A DNA stretch of 35,283 bases from an uncultured Collinsella sp. (GTDB lineage Bacteria > Actinomycetota > Coriobacteriia > Coriobacteriales > Coriobacteriaceae), in the NCBI GenBank assembly GCA_900762405.1, contig CAAFGI010000068.1:1-35283 (forward strand), given 5' to 3'. Made by a program: the position numbers and the translations under genes. This document shows positions 26,225 to 35,283 of the stretch, in pieces; the first letter of the stretch is position 1; each line of letters starts with the position of its first letter. Below the pieces are notes generated by a model. The model saw nothing but the letters and a program-made list of their open reading frames with translations, searched no databases and was not told the DNA's origin.

Positions 26225-28525
26225 CTACTTGCGACGAAGCAGCGCCGAGACCTCGGGCATCTTAAAGACGAAGGCAAGGCCAAAAGTCACGGCGAGCGAG
26301 ACGACGCCTGCAACACAAACGTAGCCCAGGGTAATGAGGATCGAGCTGCCAAGCATTCCGACAAAGTGCTCAAGTGCCCACATGACGCCGGCGCCCGCGG
26401 CAGCGCCCAAGCCACCGAACAACAGGCCGAAGAAACCGCCGTGCAGGATAGACTTGACCTGAAGGCCATGCAGACGACGGCGCAGCCACCACAGTGAGCA
26501 TCCGACCAAGACCACGTAGTCAACGACGTACGAAAGCGCAATTGCCGGCATACCGTAGCCCAGCACCACGCCAAACAGCAGCACCGAACCGGCCTGACCG
26601 ATAGCGGAGTACAAGCAATAGCGGCTATAAGGTTTCATATCGAGTAGGGCCGAGAAGCTCTTCTGCATCAGCACGACCACGCCGTAGAGCGGCAGGGAAA
26701 GTGCCAGATAGATAAGGAACTCCGACACCAGCGCCACACCGGATTCATCGAACTTGCCGGCGCAGTAGATCATGTTGAGTGGACGGGCGAAGACGATCAG
26801 GTACATCGCAAACGGAATCAGGAAGAAGAGCATCTGGGCGACACCGCGCGAAATGCCTGTGCGGACGCTGTCGTAATCCTTCTCCTGTGCATCGTGAGAG
26901 AGTTCGGTATAGAGTGCCGTCGAAAGCGAGGCAGCGATCAGCGCATAGGGCAGCGTGTACCACAGGCGCGCATATGCGATGACGGAAGGGCCGGTCTCGG
27001 GCTGCACCACCAGCGCGGCGGCATTGGTAATGGAAGTCGAGACAAACATGCACACCGTGGCGAGCAGCGTCGGGATACCAAGCGCAATCGTCTGTCGCAG
27101 CGCGGGGTCCTTAAAGTCGATATGGATATGAGGATGCACGCCATGCTTGCCGAGCGCGGGAATCTGACAGGCCATCTGGACAAAGACGCCGAGGGTCGTA
27201 CCAGCTGCGATCAAGATAATACCGACCCGCTCGCCAAATTGTGCAGACACGGGAGCAAAGCCCATAAAGCTGGCGATGACGATGACATTGTTGAGAACCG
27301 GGGCAAACGTCGACCAGAAGTAGTCGCGGTGTGCGTTGAGAACACCCGAGAACACCGAGCCCAAGCCATAAAACAGAATTTGGATAGCAAAGAAGCGGAA
27401 CATGAACGCAGCGGTATCCATGCTGTCGCCATTACCCGAAAGAAACGACTGCGTCCAAATAAAGCCGGGAGCAAACACGGTGCCCAGCAGCGAGATGCCG
27501 CCCAGCACCAGAAGCAGAATACCGAGCAGGTTGCCGACATACTCGTTCGATGCCTCGCGGCCCTGCTCGCGCCTCACGCCCATATAAACCGGCAAAAACG
27601 CCGTAACGAGCATGCCGCCCATCACGAGCTCGTAGAGCATGTTGGGCAGGTTGTTGGCAACCTGATAGGAGGACGAGAGCAGCGACATGCCGATGGCGGC
27701 CGCCATGGCCCACGTGCGGATAAACCCGGTGACGCGCGACACGATGGTCAGCACGGTCATGAGGCCAGCAGAACGACCAACCGTGGAGTAGTCCGAAGAA
27801 CCCATATCGTCTACGTCGTCCTGAGAGTCCTCATGAACCTCATCTTGTGGCAGCAAATCGTCCACGACGGCAAAGGAGCCGGTCATCGCAAAGGGATCGT
27901 CAACCAAAACGGCGTCATCAGCAGGTGCGGCGTCATCGCTGTTCGGCATGTTGTTACCGGATACGGCATCATCATCGAATATGGCATGGTCGCCAAACAC
28001 CGTGTCAACTTCTTTGGCGGCGACGGTTCGGGCAGAAAACGACAGAGGGTCCCAGTCGTCATCACCGTCGATGGCCACGCCCTCGACGGGATCGGTCGAA
28101 CCAAGCGGCGACCATTCGTCATCCGAAAGAAGCGGCTCATCATCATGAGCCGCGGGCTTGGCGGAACGAGCGACAGGAGCGCTCTGCGGCGTGCTCTTTC
28201 CCTGGGCTGCCATCAAAAACACCGCCGTCTCATCGGGACGCGGCACACGGGGAGCCTCGGAGGCGACCGGCGTCACGCTGGCGCTCGATTGAGCGGCGGC
28301 CAAAAAGACAGCCGTCTCATCGGGACGAGCCGAAGAAAGAACCGTACGGGGAAGCGCCGTGCCGGCACCGGCGGCACGCAAGTACACGGCCGTCTCGCCC
28401 GGGTCGGCGGCAGCGGACCAGGCGTTTCGAATCTCGTTATCGAACGAAGCAGCCTCGGGCGCGGGCGCCTGAGGAGCCGACCCTTTTGCAAAGTGAGCTC
28501 CGCGCTTTGATTCTTCCTGCGGCAT
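26225..28525 (-). CDS. murJ: Lipid II flippase MurJ/MviN with a long acidic N-terminal extension
   Basis: SRVTGFIR, ANNLPN, AFLPV, APVLNN motifs and a multi-TM body after ~245 low-complexity residues. Confidence 0.85.
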   Translation of the reverse strand: MPQEESKRGAHFAKGSAPQAPAPEAASFDNEIRNAWSAAADPGETAVYLRAAGAGTALPRTVLSSARPDETAVFLAAAQSSASVTPVASEAPRVPRPDETAVFLMAAQGKSTPQSAPVARSAKPAAHDDEPLLSDDEWSPLGSTDPVEGVAIDGDDDWDPLSFSARTVAAKEVDTVFGDHAIFDDDAVSGNNMPNSDDAAPADDAVLVDDPFAMTGSFAVVDDLLPQDEVHEDSQDDVDDMGSSDYSTVGRSAGLMTVLTIVSRVTGFIRTWAMAAAIGMSLLSSSYQVANNLPNMLYELVMGGMLVTAFLPVYMGVRREQGREASNEYVGNLLGILLLVLGGISLLGTVFAPGFIWTQSFLSGNGDSMDTAAFMFRFFAIQILFYGLGSVFSGVLNAHRDYFWSTFAPVLNNVIVIASFMGFAPVSAQFGERVGIILIAAGTTLGVFVQMACQIPALGKHGVHPHIHIDFKDPALRQTIALGIPTLLATVCMFVSTSITNAAALVVQPETGPSVIAYARLWYTLPYALIAASLSTALYTELSHDAQEKDYDSVRTGISRGVAQMLFFLIPFAMYLIVFARPLNMIYCAGKFDESGVALVSEFLIYLALSLPLYGVVVLMQKSFSALLDMKPYSRYCLYSAIGQAGSVLLFGVVLGYGMPAIALSYVVDYVVLVGCSLWWLRRRLHGLQVKSILHGGFFGLLFGGLGAAAGAGVMWALEHFVGMLGSSILITLGYVCVAGVVSLAVTFGLAFVFKMPEVSALLRRK

Positions 28526-28528
28526 CGC

Positions 28529-29029
28529 TCAGTCCTCTCTCGTGATCGGGGCAACCGTCGCCCCGCAAAATGCAACTAAGTCATCGGGAGCAAGCTCAAG
28601 CTGATAGCCGCGCTTGCCACCCGAGATAAAAATGGTATCCCAAAGGACGCATGTCTCATCGATCAGCGTCCGGAAGCACTTTTTCATACCGACCGGGCTG
28701 CAACCGCCGCGGACATACCCCGTCGCGGCAAGCAAATCTTTGACATGCATCATGGTCAGCGACTTTTCGCCTGCGGCGCGCGCGGCGGCCTTGAGGTCGA
28801 GCTCGTCGGCAACGGGAATGCAGCACACGACATGGTCGTTGGACGGCGTCGTGCAGACCAGGGTCTTAAATCCTTGACCGGGCTCCTCGCCAAGCTGCTC
28901 GGAAATCGCGACGCCCAGACCTGACGATTCATCGCCATCGTCTTCGTACGTATGGAGAACATAGGAGATGCCGGCGCTTTCCAGCTCGCGCATCGCATTG
29001 GTTTTTGGCGTCTTAACAGCCTTTGCCAT
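28529..29029 (-). CDS. ybaK: Cys-tRNA(Pro) deacylase YbaK/EbsC
   Basis: KTNAMR, FKTLV, LDLK, TGYVRGGCSPVG, SGGKRG. Start at MAKAV after AAAGGA. Confidence 0.92.
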   Translation of the reverse strand: MAKAVKTPKTNAMRELESAGISYVLHTYEDDGDESSGLGVAISEQLGEEPGQGFKTLVCTTPSNDHVVCCIPVADELDLKAAARAAGEKSLTMMHVKDLLAATGYVRGGCSPVGMKKCFRTLIDETCVLWDTIFISGGKRGYQLELAPDDLVAFCGATVAPITRED

Positions 29030-29108
29030 GGCACATCCTTTCCCTCGCAGAGCGACGCAAGGATTAAGTATAGGGCCAATTCCGCCGCATATGCCATCTC
29101 GACACACA

Positions 29109-29145
29109 GAAGCGCCACCGAATCAGAAGGAATCGGTGGCGCTTC
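29109..29145 (-). terminator. Stem-loop downstream of uvrA
   Basis: 13-bp stem GAAGCGCCACCGA/TCGGTGGCGCTTC; weak U-tract. Confidence 0.6.
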
Positions 29146-29162
29146 GGTACTGCAACGTCTCT

Positions 29163-32042
29163 TTACTGTGCGTCGAGCTGCGCCTGACGCTCACGGTCAC
29201 GCTTGAGCAGCGGCGCCAAGAACTTGCCCGTGTAGCTCTGCGAACATGCCGCGACTTGCTCGGGCGTGCCTGAGACCACGACGGTTCCGCCGCCATTGCC
29301 GCCTTCGGGGCCCATATCGATCAGGCGGTCGGCAACCTTGATGACATCAAGGTTGTGCTCGATCACCAGAACCGTGTTGCCCGCATCGACCAGGCGCTGC
29401 AACACGTCGAGCAGCTGGCGAACATCCTCAAAATGAAGGCCGGTTGTGGGCTCGTCCAAAATGTAGAACGTCTTACCTGTCTGACGACGATGAAGCTCCT
29501 TGGCGAGCTTCACGCGCTGCGCCTCGCCGCCCGAAAGCGTCGTAGCGGGCTGGCCCAAGCTCACGTAGCCCAGACCCACGTCATATAGGGTCTGCAGCTT
29601 GCGCTTAATCTGCGGGATATTCCCAAAGAAGGCGAGTGCTTCGGTGACACTCATGTCGAGCACGTCCGAGATTGTCTTGCCGCGGTAGGTAACCTCGAGT
29701 GTCTCGCGGTTATAACGTTTGCCGCCACATACCTCACAGGGGACATAGATATCGGGAAGGAAGTGCATCTCGATCTTGATCTGGCCATCGCCCTTGCACG
29801 CCTCGCAGCGACCGCCGCTTACGTTAAAGGAGAAACGTCCCGGCGAGTAGCCGCGCGCCTTCGACTCCGGCGTGCTTGCAAATAGCGCACGCAGATCATC
29901 CCACAGGCCAATATAGGTCGCAGGGTTCGAGCGCGGCGTGCGACCGATCGGTGACTGGTCGATATCGATTACCTTATCGATGCACTCGATGCCCTCAATC
30001 TTCTTGTACGGCTCCACGGGACGCGTCGAACGGTGGATGGCATTCGTAAGCGCGGGCGCAATCGTATCGGTGACCAGGGAGCTCTTGCCCGATCCCGAAA
30101 CACCGGTAACGACTGTGAGCGTACCGAACTCAATCTTGGCGGTAACGTTTTTGAGGTTGTTGGCGCGGGCGCCCGTGATCTTAAGACAGCCGCGGCCGGG
30201 CTTGCGGCGCTCATCGGGCACGCGGATCATCCGCTTGCCGGTCAAATAAGCACCCGTCATGGAATCGGGGCACGCCATGATATCGGCAGGCGTTCCTGCA
30301 GCGACCACGTGTCCGCCGTTAACGCCCGCACCGGGACCCATATCGATCACGTAGTCGGCAGCGCGAATTGTATCTTCGTCGTGCTCGACGACGATAACGG
30401 TATTACCGATATCGCGCAAGCGCTCGAGCGTCTTGATCAGGCGCTCGTTATCGCGTTGGTGGAGACCGATCGACGGCTCGTCCAGAATGTACAGAACGCC
30501 CATGAGGCCGGCGCCGATCTGCGTTGCCAGGCGAATGCGCTGGGCCTCACCGCCGGAAAGCGTCGCCGAGGCGCGATCGAGCGTCAGATAGTCGAGTCCG
30601 ACATCGACCAGAAAACGCAGGCGCTCCAGGATTTCCTTGACGATGCGCCCGCCGATAAACTGCTGACGCTCGGTAAGCTCCAGGCCCTCAAAAAACTCGA
30701 GCGACTCGCGACACGACAGGCAGCAGACATCGTAAATGGACTTGCCGCCCACGGTGACGGCAAGCATCTCGGGACGCAGGCGAGCACCGTGACAGCTCGA
30801 GCATGGCTCTTCGCGAATGTATTTCTCCAAGCGAGCTCTGGTGTTCTCGTTCGTCGTCTCGTTGTAGCGCTCGTACAGGATGTTGCGCACGCCCGAGAAC
30901 TTAGTGTCCCACTGGCTGCGACGCCCATCGAGCTTTTGATAGTCGACCGAAATCTTCGTGTCGCCCATGCCATCCAAAAACGCACGACGCACCCGCGGGG
31001 GCAGGTCCTCCCATGGCGTATCGGCACTCACCTTAAAGTGTTTGCAGACCGCAGCAAAAATCTGCGGATAATAGTTGGAATTGCCGAACAGGCTGCCAAA
31101 GACTCCGTCGGCAATCGACTTTGAGGGGTCTTCGATCAGTGCCTCGGCATCGACTGTCTTTTTAAAGCCCAGGCCATCGCACTCGGGACATGCACCATAG
31201 GGCGCGTTGAATGAGAAATCGCGCGGCTGCAGGTCATCGATGGAATGCCCGTGCTCCGGGCACGCCAGTGCCAGCGAATACTCCAGCAGCTCGCCCTCGG
31301 TTCCCTCGGGAGCGTCGCGGTCGGGCAGCATGTACACGTTCACGTTACCGTGCGCCAGTGCCGTCGCCTGCTCAACGGACTCGGCAATGCGGCCCAGGGA
31401 GTTCTCTCGAATCACGATACGGTCGACCACGACCTCAATGTCGTGTTTGAACTTCTTGTCCAGGTCGATAGGGTCGTCAAGCGAGCGCACCTCGCCGTCG
31501 ACGCGCACACGGCTAAAGCCCTCCGCACGCAGGTCCTCAAACAGCTTGGCATATTCGCCCTTGCGTCCACGAACCACCGGCGCCAACACAAACGCGCGAC
31601 GGCCCTCCCCCGCCGCCAGCACCTTATCGGCGACCTGATCGGTCGTCTGACGCTCAATGACGCGACCGCACTCAGGACAGTGCGGCGTTCCCACGCGAGC
31701 AAACAGCAGACGCAGATAGTCGTAAATCTCGGTTACGGTGCCCACCGTCGAGCGTGGGTTTTTGGACGTCGTCTTCTGATCGATCGACACAGCCGGCGAC
31801 AGGCCGTCAATCGAGTCCAGATCGGGCTTGTCCATCTGGCCCAAAAACTGACGCGCATAGCTCGAAAGGCTCTCGACGTAACGGCGCTGGCCCTCGGCAT
31901 AGATGGTATCGAACGCCAGTGAGCTCTTGCCCGATCCGGAAAGACCGGTTATGACCACGAGCTGGTCACGCGGAATGGAAACATCGATATCGCGCAGGTT
32001 ATGCTCGCGCGCGCCGCGAATAACGATAGAAGAATCAGACAT
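29163..32042 (-). CDS. uvrA: Excinuclease ABC subunit A
   Basis: GAREHNL, two Walker A motifs ([16 protein letters not shown]), two LSGGEAQR, CxxC zinc modules. Confidence 0.98.
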   Translation of the reverse strand: MSDSSIVIRGAREHNLRDIDVSIPRDQLVVITGLSGSGKSSLAFDTIYAEGQRRYVESLSSYARQFLGQMDKPDLDSIDGLSPAVSIDQKTTSKNPRSTVGTVTEIYDYLRLLFARVGTPHCPECGRVIERQTTDQVADKVLAAGEGRRAFVLAPVVRGRKGEYAKLFEDLRAEGFSRVRVDGEVRSLDDPIDLDKKFKHDIEVVVDRIVIRENSLGRIAESVEQATALAHGNVNVYMLPDRDAPEGTEGELLEYSLALACPEHGHSIDDLQPRDFSFNAPYGACPECDGLGFKKTVDAEALIEDPSKSIADGVFGSLFGNSNYYPQIFAAVCKHFKVSADTPWEDLPPRVRRAFLDGMGDTKISVDYQKLDGRRSQWDTKFSGVRNILYERYNETTNENTRARLEKYIREEPCSSCHGARLRPEMLAVTVGGKSIYDVCCLSCRESLEFFEGLELTERQQFIGGRIVKEILERLRFLVDVGLDYLTLDRASATLSGGEAQRIRLATQIGAGLMGVLYILDEPSIGLHQRDNERLIKTLERLRDIGNTVIVVEHDEDTIRAADYVIDMGPGAGVNGGHVVAAGTPADIMACPDSMTGAYLTGKRMIRVPDERRKPGRGCLKITGARANNLKNVTAKIEFGTLTVVTGVSGSGKSSLVTDTIAPALTNAIHRSTRPVEPYKKIEGIECIDKVIDIDQSPIGRTPRSNPATYIGLWDDLRALFASTPESKARGYSPGRFSFNVSGGRCEACKGDGQIKIEMHFLPDIYVPCEVCGGKRYNRETLEVTYRGKTISDVLDMSVTEALAFFGNIPQIKRKLQTLYDVGLGYVSLGQPATTLSGGEAQRVKLAKELHRRQTGKTFYILDEPTTGLHFEDVRQLLDVLQRLVDAGNTVLVIEHNLDVIKVADRLIDMGPEGGNGGGTVVVSGTPEQVAACSQSYTGKFLAPLLKRDRERQAQLDAQ

Positions 32043-32103
32043 GGAAGCTCCTTGCCTCCTACAGCTTCAAATCACACTGACGATGAGTTTAGCGCACTCG
32101 ACG

Positions 32104-32117
32104 CGCACAGATGTTCG
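32104..32117 (-). promoter_or_regulatory. LexA (SOS/Cheo) box upstream of uvrA
   Basis: CGAACATCTGTGCG is 1 mismatch from CGAAC-N4-GTTCG and lies over the -35 position of a TAAACT -10 (32086-32091). Confidence 0.65.
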
Positions 32118-32301
32118 TAATACAAGATTCGCAGACCTTTTGCGTTGTCTGACGCCGCAGGCCGCACGCTCGGTCCGTACTTTCGAATACTGTCGATCGC
32201 CTACCACGCATCATGAATGACTCCCGCTCGCAAACGAGGGTACAATGACGCTCGTGTCACACCGCGGGGCTCAGGCCCCAACATATACAAAGGAGTCAAA
32301 C

Positions 32302-33132
32302 ATGGGTTGCGAGCACGCACAGGCAGCCGGCGGGCAAACGTCGCCGTCGCAATTTGAGGAGAATACGCTGTCCGAAGTCAAGCGCGTTATCGCCGTGCTT
32401 TCCGGCAAGGGCGGCGTCGGCAAGTCATTCGTCACCGGCGCCATCGCCACTGAGCTTTCCCGCCACGGTCACAAGGTCGGCGTCCTCGATGCCGATATTA
32501 CCGGCCCCTCTATCCCTAAGATGTTCGGTATGAGCGGACGTCACGTCCATGCCCTCGGCAACCTTATGCTGCCCGAAATCTCCGAGCACGGCGTCAAGGT
32601 TATGAGCTCTAACCTGCTGCTCCAAAACGAAACCGACCCCGTCCTCTGGCGCGGTCCGGTTATCGCGGGTGCCATCAGGCAGTTCTGGAGCGAAACCTCA
32701 TGGGGCCCCATCGACTACCTGTTGGTCGACATGCCTCCGGGAACGGGCGACGTCGCCCTCACTGTCTTCCAGTCGCTGCCCGTCGATGGCATCGTCATCG
32801 TCACGAGCCCGCAGGATCTGGTCTCGATGATCGTCGCCAAGGCAGTCAACATGGCCGAGAAGATGAACGTCCCCATTCTGGGAATCGTCGAAAACATGAG
32901 CTATATCGAGTGCCCCGATTGCGGCAAGAAGATCGAAGTCTTTGGCAAGAGCAAGCTCCCCGAGGTCGCCGAGCGTTACAACCTCGAGATCCTAGGGCAG
33001 CTTCCCATCAATCCGGCACTCGCCGAGGCTTGCGATAAGGGCGAGGTTGAGACCGCACTGCCCGACGGTATGCTGCCCCAGGCCGTCTCCGCCGTCGAGG
33101 CCATTGCCCCGCACGAGACCGTCGAGGCTTAA
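32302..33132 (+). CDS. mrp: Mrp/NBP35/ApbC-family Fe-S cluster carrier ATPase
   Basis: SGKGGVGKS, DADITGPSIP, WRGP, DMPPGTGD, ENMS..CPDC; RBS AAGGAG; TACAAT at 32241-32246. Confidence 0.9.
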   Translation: MGCEHAQAAGGQTSPSQFEENTLSEVKRVIAVLSGKGGVGKSFVTGAIATELSRHGHKVGVLDADITGPSIPKMFGMSGRHVHALGNLMLPEISEHGVKVMSSNLLLQNETDPVLWRGPVIAGAIRQFWSETSWGPIDYLLVDMPPGTGDVALTVFQSLPVDGIVIVTSPQDLVSMIVAKAVNMAEKMNVPILGIVENMSYIECPDCGKKIEVFGKSKLPEVAERYNLEILGQLPINPALAEACDKGEVETALPDGMLPQAVSAVEAIAPHETVEA

Positions 33133-34404
33133 GTGAACACAAACGCCTCCTATGACGTCTTGGTAATCGGCGGCGGGGCCTCGGGTCTCGCCGCCGCCAT
33201 TACGGCCGCACACGCAGGCAAAAGCGCCTGCATCGTTGAGCGCGATGTTGCCTGCGGCCTTAAACTCCTTGCGACCGGCAACGGCCGCTGCAACCTTTCC
33301 AACGAATCAATTGATTTCCAGCGGTACAACCACCCCGCATTCGTCGAATCCGTCATGGGTCCCCAGCCCGAGCAAGAGCTCGACAGTTTCTTCTCCTCGC
33401 TGGGCATCATGACGACCTCCGAGGAGGGCCGCCTGTATCCGCGCTCCCTTCGTGCCGAATCGGTGCGCGATGCGCTTCTCAACGCTTGCAATCACCTGGG
33501 TATCACCTTGATCTGTGGAGCAAACGTTGCCTCGGCATTCAAAGCCTCCGAGGGCTGGACACTCCAAATAGACCGTCCTGCGCGAGCACTCAAGGCAAAA
33601 AAGCACGACGACCGAAAAACGGAGGTCCGCTCGCTTCGGAAGGCGCTTGCCGACACCCCTCGCAAGAACGAGACGCTGCAGGCAAAGGCCGTAATTATCG
33701 CTACGGGCGGCAGCCCCGCCGACATCGCGAAGACGTTCAATCTTTCCCTCACACCGCAGCGCCCCGTCCTCTGTCCCGTGTCGGCATCGGTCTTCAGCGA
33801 CCAGACTGCGCTCAAGACGCTGGATGGCCTGCGCGTCCGCGCCCGTTTGACGCTCACCCACAATCACGAGGAGCTCTGGCGCGAAGACGGCGAAGTGCTC
33901 TTCCGAACCTTTGGCATCTCGGGCGTTGCCGCCTTTAACCTCTCCCGTCGCGTCCAGCGCGGAGACACGATTCTGCTCGACGTTTTTCCCGACCTCTCCA
34001 AAGACGAGTTGCTCGATATGCTCAACCAGCGAGTTGAGTTGCTCGGCGGTTTTTCACCCCGCGACCCCCGCTGGCTCGACGGCATGCTCGCCCCGCAGTT
34101 CTCTCGCGTTGTCTGCACCGCATTCGAACAGTGCCACCCCGGGTCGCACGACGTCATCCATCTGGCCTCAATCCTCAAGCACTTTAAGCTGCTCGTCGAG
34201 GGAACGACAGAGGAGCGTTCGGCCCAGGTCACGCGCGGTGGCGTGCCCATCGAGAGCGTCTCAGCTCCCAACCTCTGCGCGAGCAACGCGGCAGGCGCCC
34301 CACTTTACATCTGTGGCGAGGCGCTCGACATCGATGCCGATTGCGGCGGTTTCAACCTTGCGTGGGCTTGGATCTCGGGTATTCGCGCTGCAAGCAGCCT
34401 ATAG
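33133..34404 (+). CDS. HI0933/YhiN/BaiN-like flavoprotein (NAD(P)/FAD-dependent oxidoreductase)
   Basis: IGGGASG, KLLATGNGRCNLSN, GRLYP, ATGG, VTRGGV, GEALD...GGFNL. Confidence 0.87.
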   Translation: MNTNASYDVLVIGGGASGLAAAITAAHAGKSACIVERDVACGLKLLATGNGRCNLSNESIDFQRYNHPAFVESVMGPQPEQELDSFFSSLGIMTTSEEGRLYPRSLRAESVRDALLNACNHLGITLICGANVASAFKASEGWTLQIDRPARALKAKKHDDRKTEVRSLRKALADTPRKNETLQAKAVIIATGGSPADIAKTFNLSLTPQRPVLCPVSASVFSDQTALKTLDGLRVRARLTLTHNHEELWREDGEVLFRTFGISGVAAFNLSRRVQRGDTILLDVFPDLSKDELLDMLNQRVELLGGFSPRDPRWLDGMLAPQFSRVVCTAFEQCHPGSHDVIHLASILKHFKLLVEGTTEERSAQVTRGGVPIESVSAPNLCASNAAGAPLYICGEALDIDADCGGFNLAWAWISGIRAASSL

Positions 34405-34483
34405 CCGCGCAGTCTATAATCAAAACGCATTCGGGCCGTCTGGGACACCGGGCGGCCTCTTTCTTGCATCTAAGGAGACCTCG

Positions 34484-35246
34484 ATGATCGAAATCACCCA
34501 AGTCCACGCGTCACTCGATGAGGCCGGCGACGAAGCCGCCTGCCTTGCTATTGGTAGACGCGCCGTCAAACGAGCCCTGCGATGCGAGGATTCCCAGATT
34601 AAAGCCATTGAGCTCCATCGCAAGTCAATCGACGCCCGTAAAAAGCGAGATGTCCATTATATTTTGAGCTTTCGAGTCGAGCTGACAAGCTCTCGACTCG
34701 AGCAGGAGGTGGTCGACCGCGTCGCCGAGCGCGACCGCTCGCGCATCCGCATGGTAGACGGCGAGGCTCCTTCATTCCCCAGCCCTGTCCCGAATGTACC
34801 CAAGGGGCGTCCCGTCGTTGTCGGCGCCGGTTGCGCCGGTCTCTTCGCCGCCCTGACCCTTGCCGAAGCGGGCCTTAAACCCCTGCTTATCGAGCGCGGC
34901 GACCCCGCACTTCGCCGCTCGCAAGCGATTGATCTCTTTCTTAGGGAGCGTATCCTCGACCCCGAAAGCAATATCCAATTTGGCCTGGGCGGCGCAGGGA
35001 CCTTCTCGGACGGCAAGCTCAACACGGGAACCAAGAATCCTGCCCATCGACTGATTCTTGAAACATTCGTCGAAGCGGGCTCACCTCGTGACATCCTGTG
35101 GGACGCCAAGCCGCACATTGGCTCCGACATCCTCCCCACCGTCGTCACCAACATTTCTCAGCGCATCGAGCAACTCGGTGGAACCGTCCGCTATCGAACA
35201 AAGCTCGTCAATATTCGAACCGATGAATCTGGCGCCATAGGCAAGA
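34484..35246 (+). CDS. FAD-dependent dehydrogenase (COG2509-like), 3'-truncated; absent from the ORF track
   Basis: RBS AAGGAG then ATG at 34484; reads MIEITQ...KSIDARKK...VVGAGCAGL...FGLGGAGTFSDGKL...KPHIGSD; open until the adapter. Confidence 0.85.
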
Positions 35247-35283
35247 AGATCGGAAGAGCGGTTCAGCAGGAATGCCGAGACCG
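35247..35283 (+). other. Illumina paired-end adapter (assembly artefact)
   Basis: AGATCGGAAGAGCGGTTCAGCAGGAATGCCGAGACCG matches the Illumina PE adapter/PCR primer 2 read-through. Confidence 0.95.

Overview
This is a GC-rich chromosomal segment, most likely from a gut Coriobacteriia (Collinsella-like) genome; the taxon is inferred from gene content and order. From left to right, almost all on the minus strand, it carries: an oppABCDF-type peptide ABC operon; secG; the glycolytic cluster gap-pgk-tpiA-gpmI; rapZ-whiA; a ~10.5 kb sialic-acid catabolic operon sitting between uvrC and rapZ; and uvrA-ybaK-murJ-uvrC with a LexA-type box. The sialic-acid operon has a SatABCD/SiaEFGI-type ABC transporter, two CE7-like esterases, nanA, nanK and nanE. 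On the plus strand follow an Mrp/ApbC ATPase, an HI0933/BaiN-like flavoprotein and a truncated FAD-dependent dehydrogenase. The last 37 nt are Illumina adapter. The most notable observations are: (1) two homologous ~100-nt structured elements with many compensatory base changes flank nanK in opposite orientations; (2) a nucleophile-less esterase paralog is translationally coupled to an intact CE7 esterase in the nan operon; (3) MurJ has a long acidic N-terminal arm with repeated ETAV[FY] motifs that resemble Ser/Thr-kinase/FHA docking sites. No integrase, transposase, CRISPR array, tRNA or rRNA was seen.
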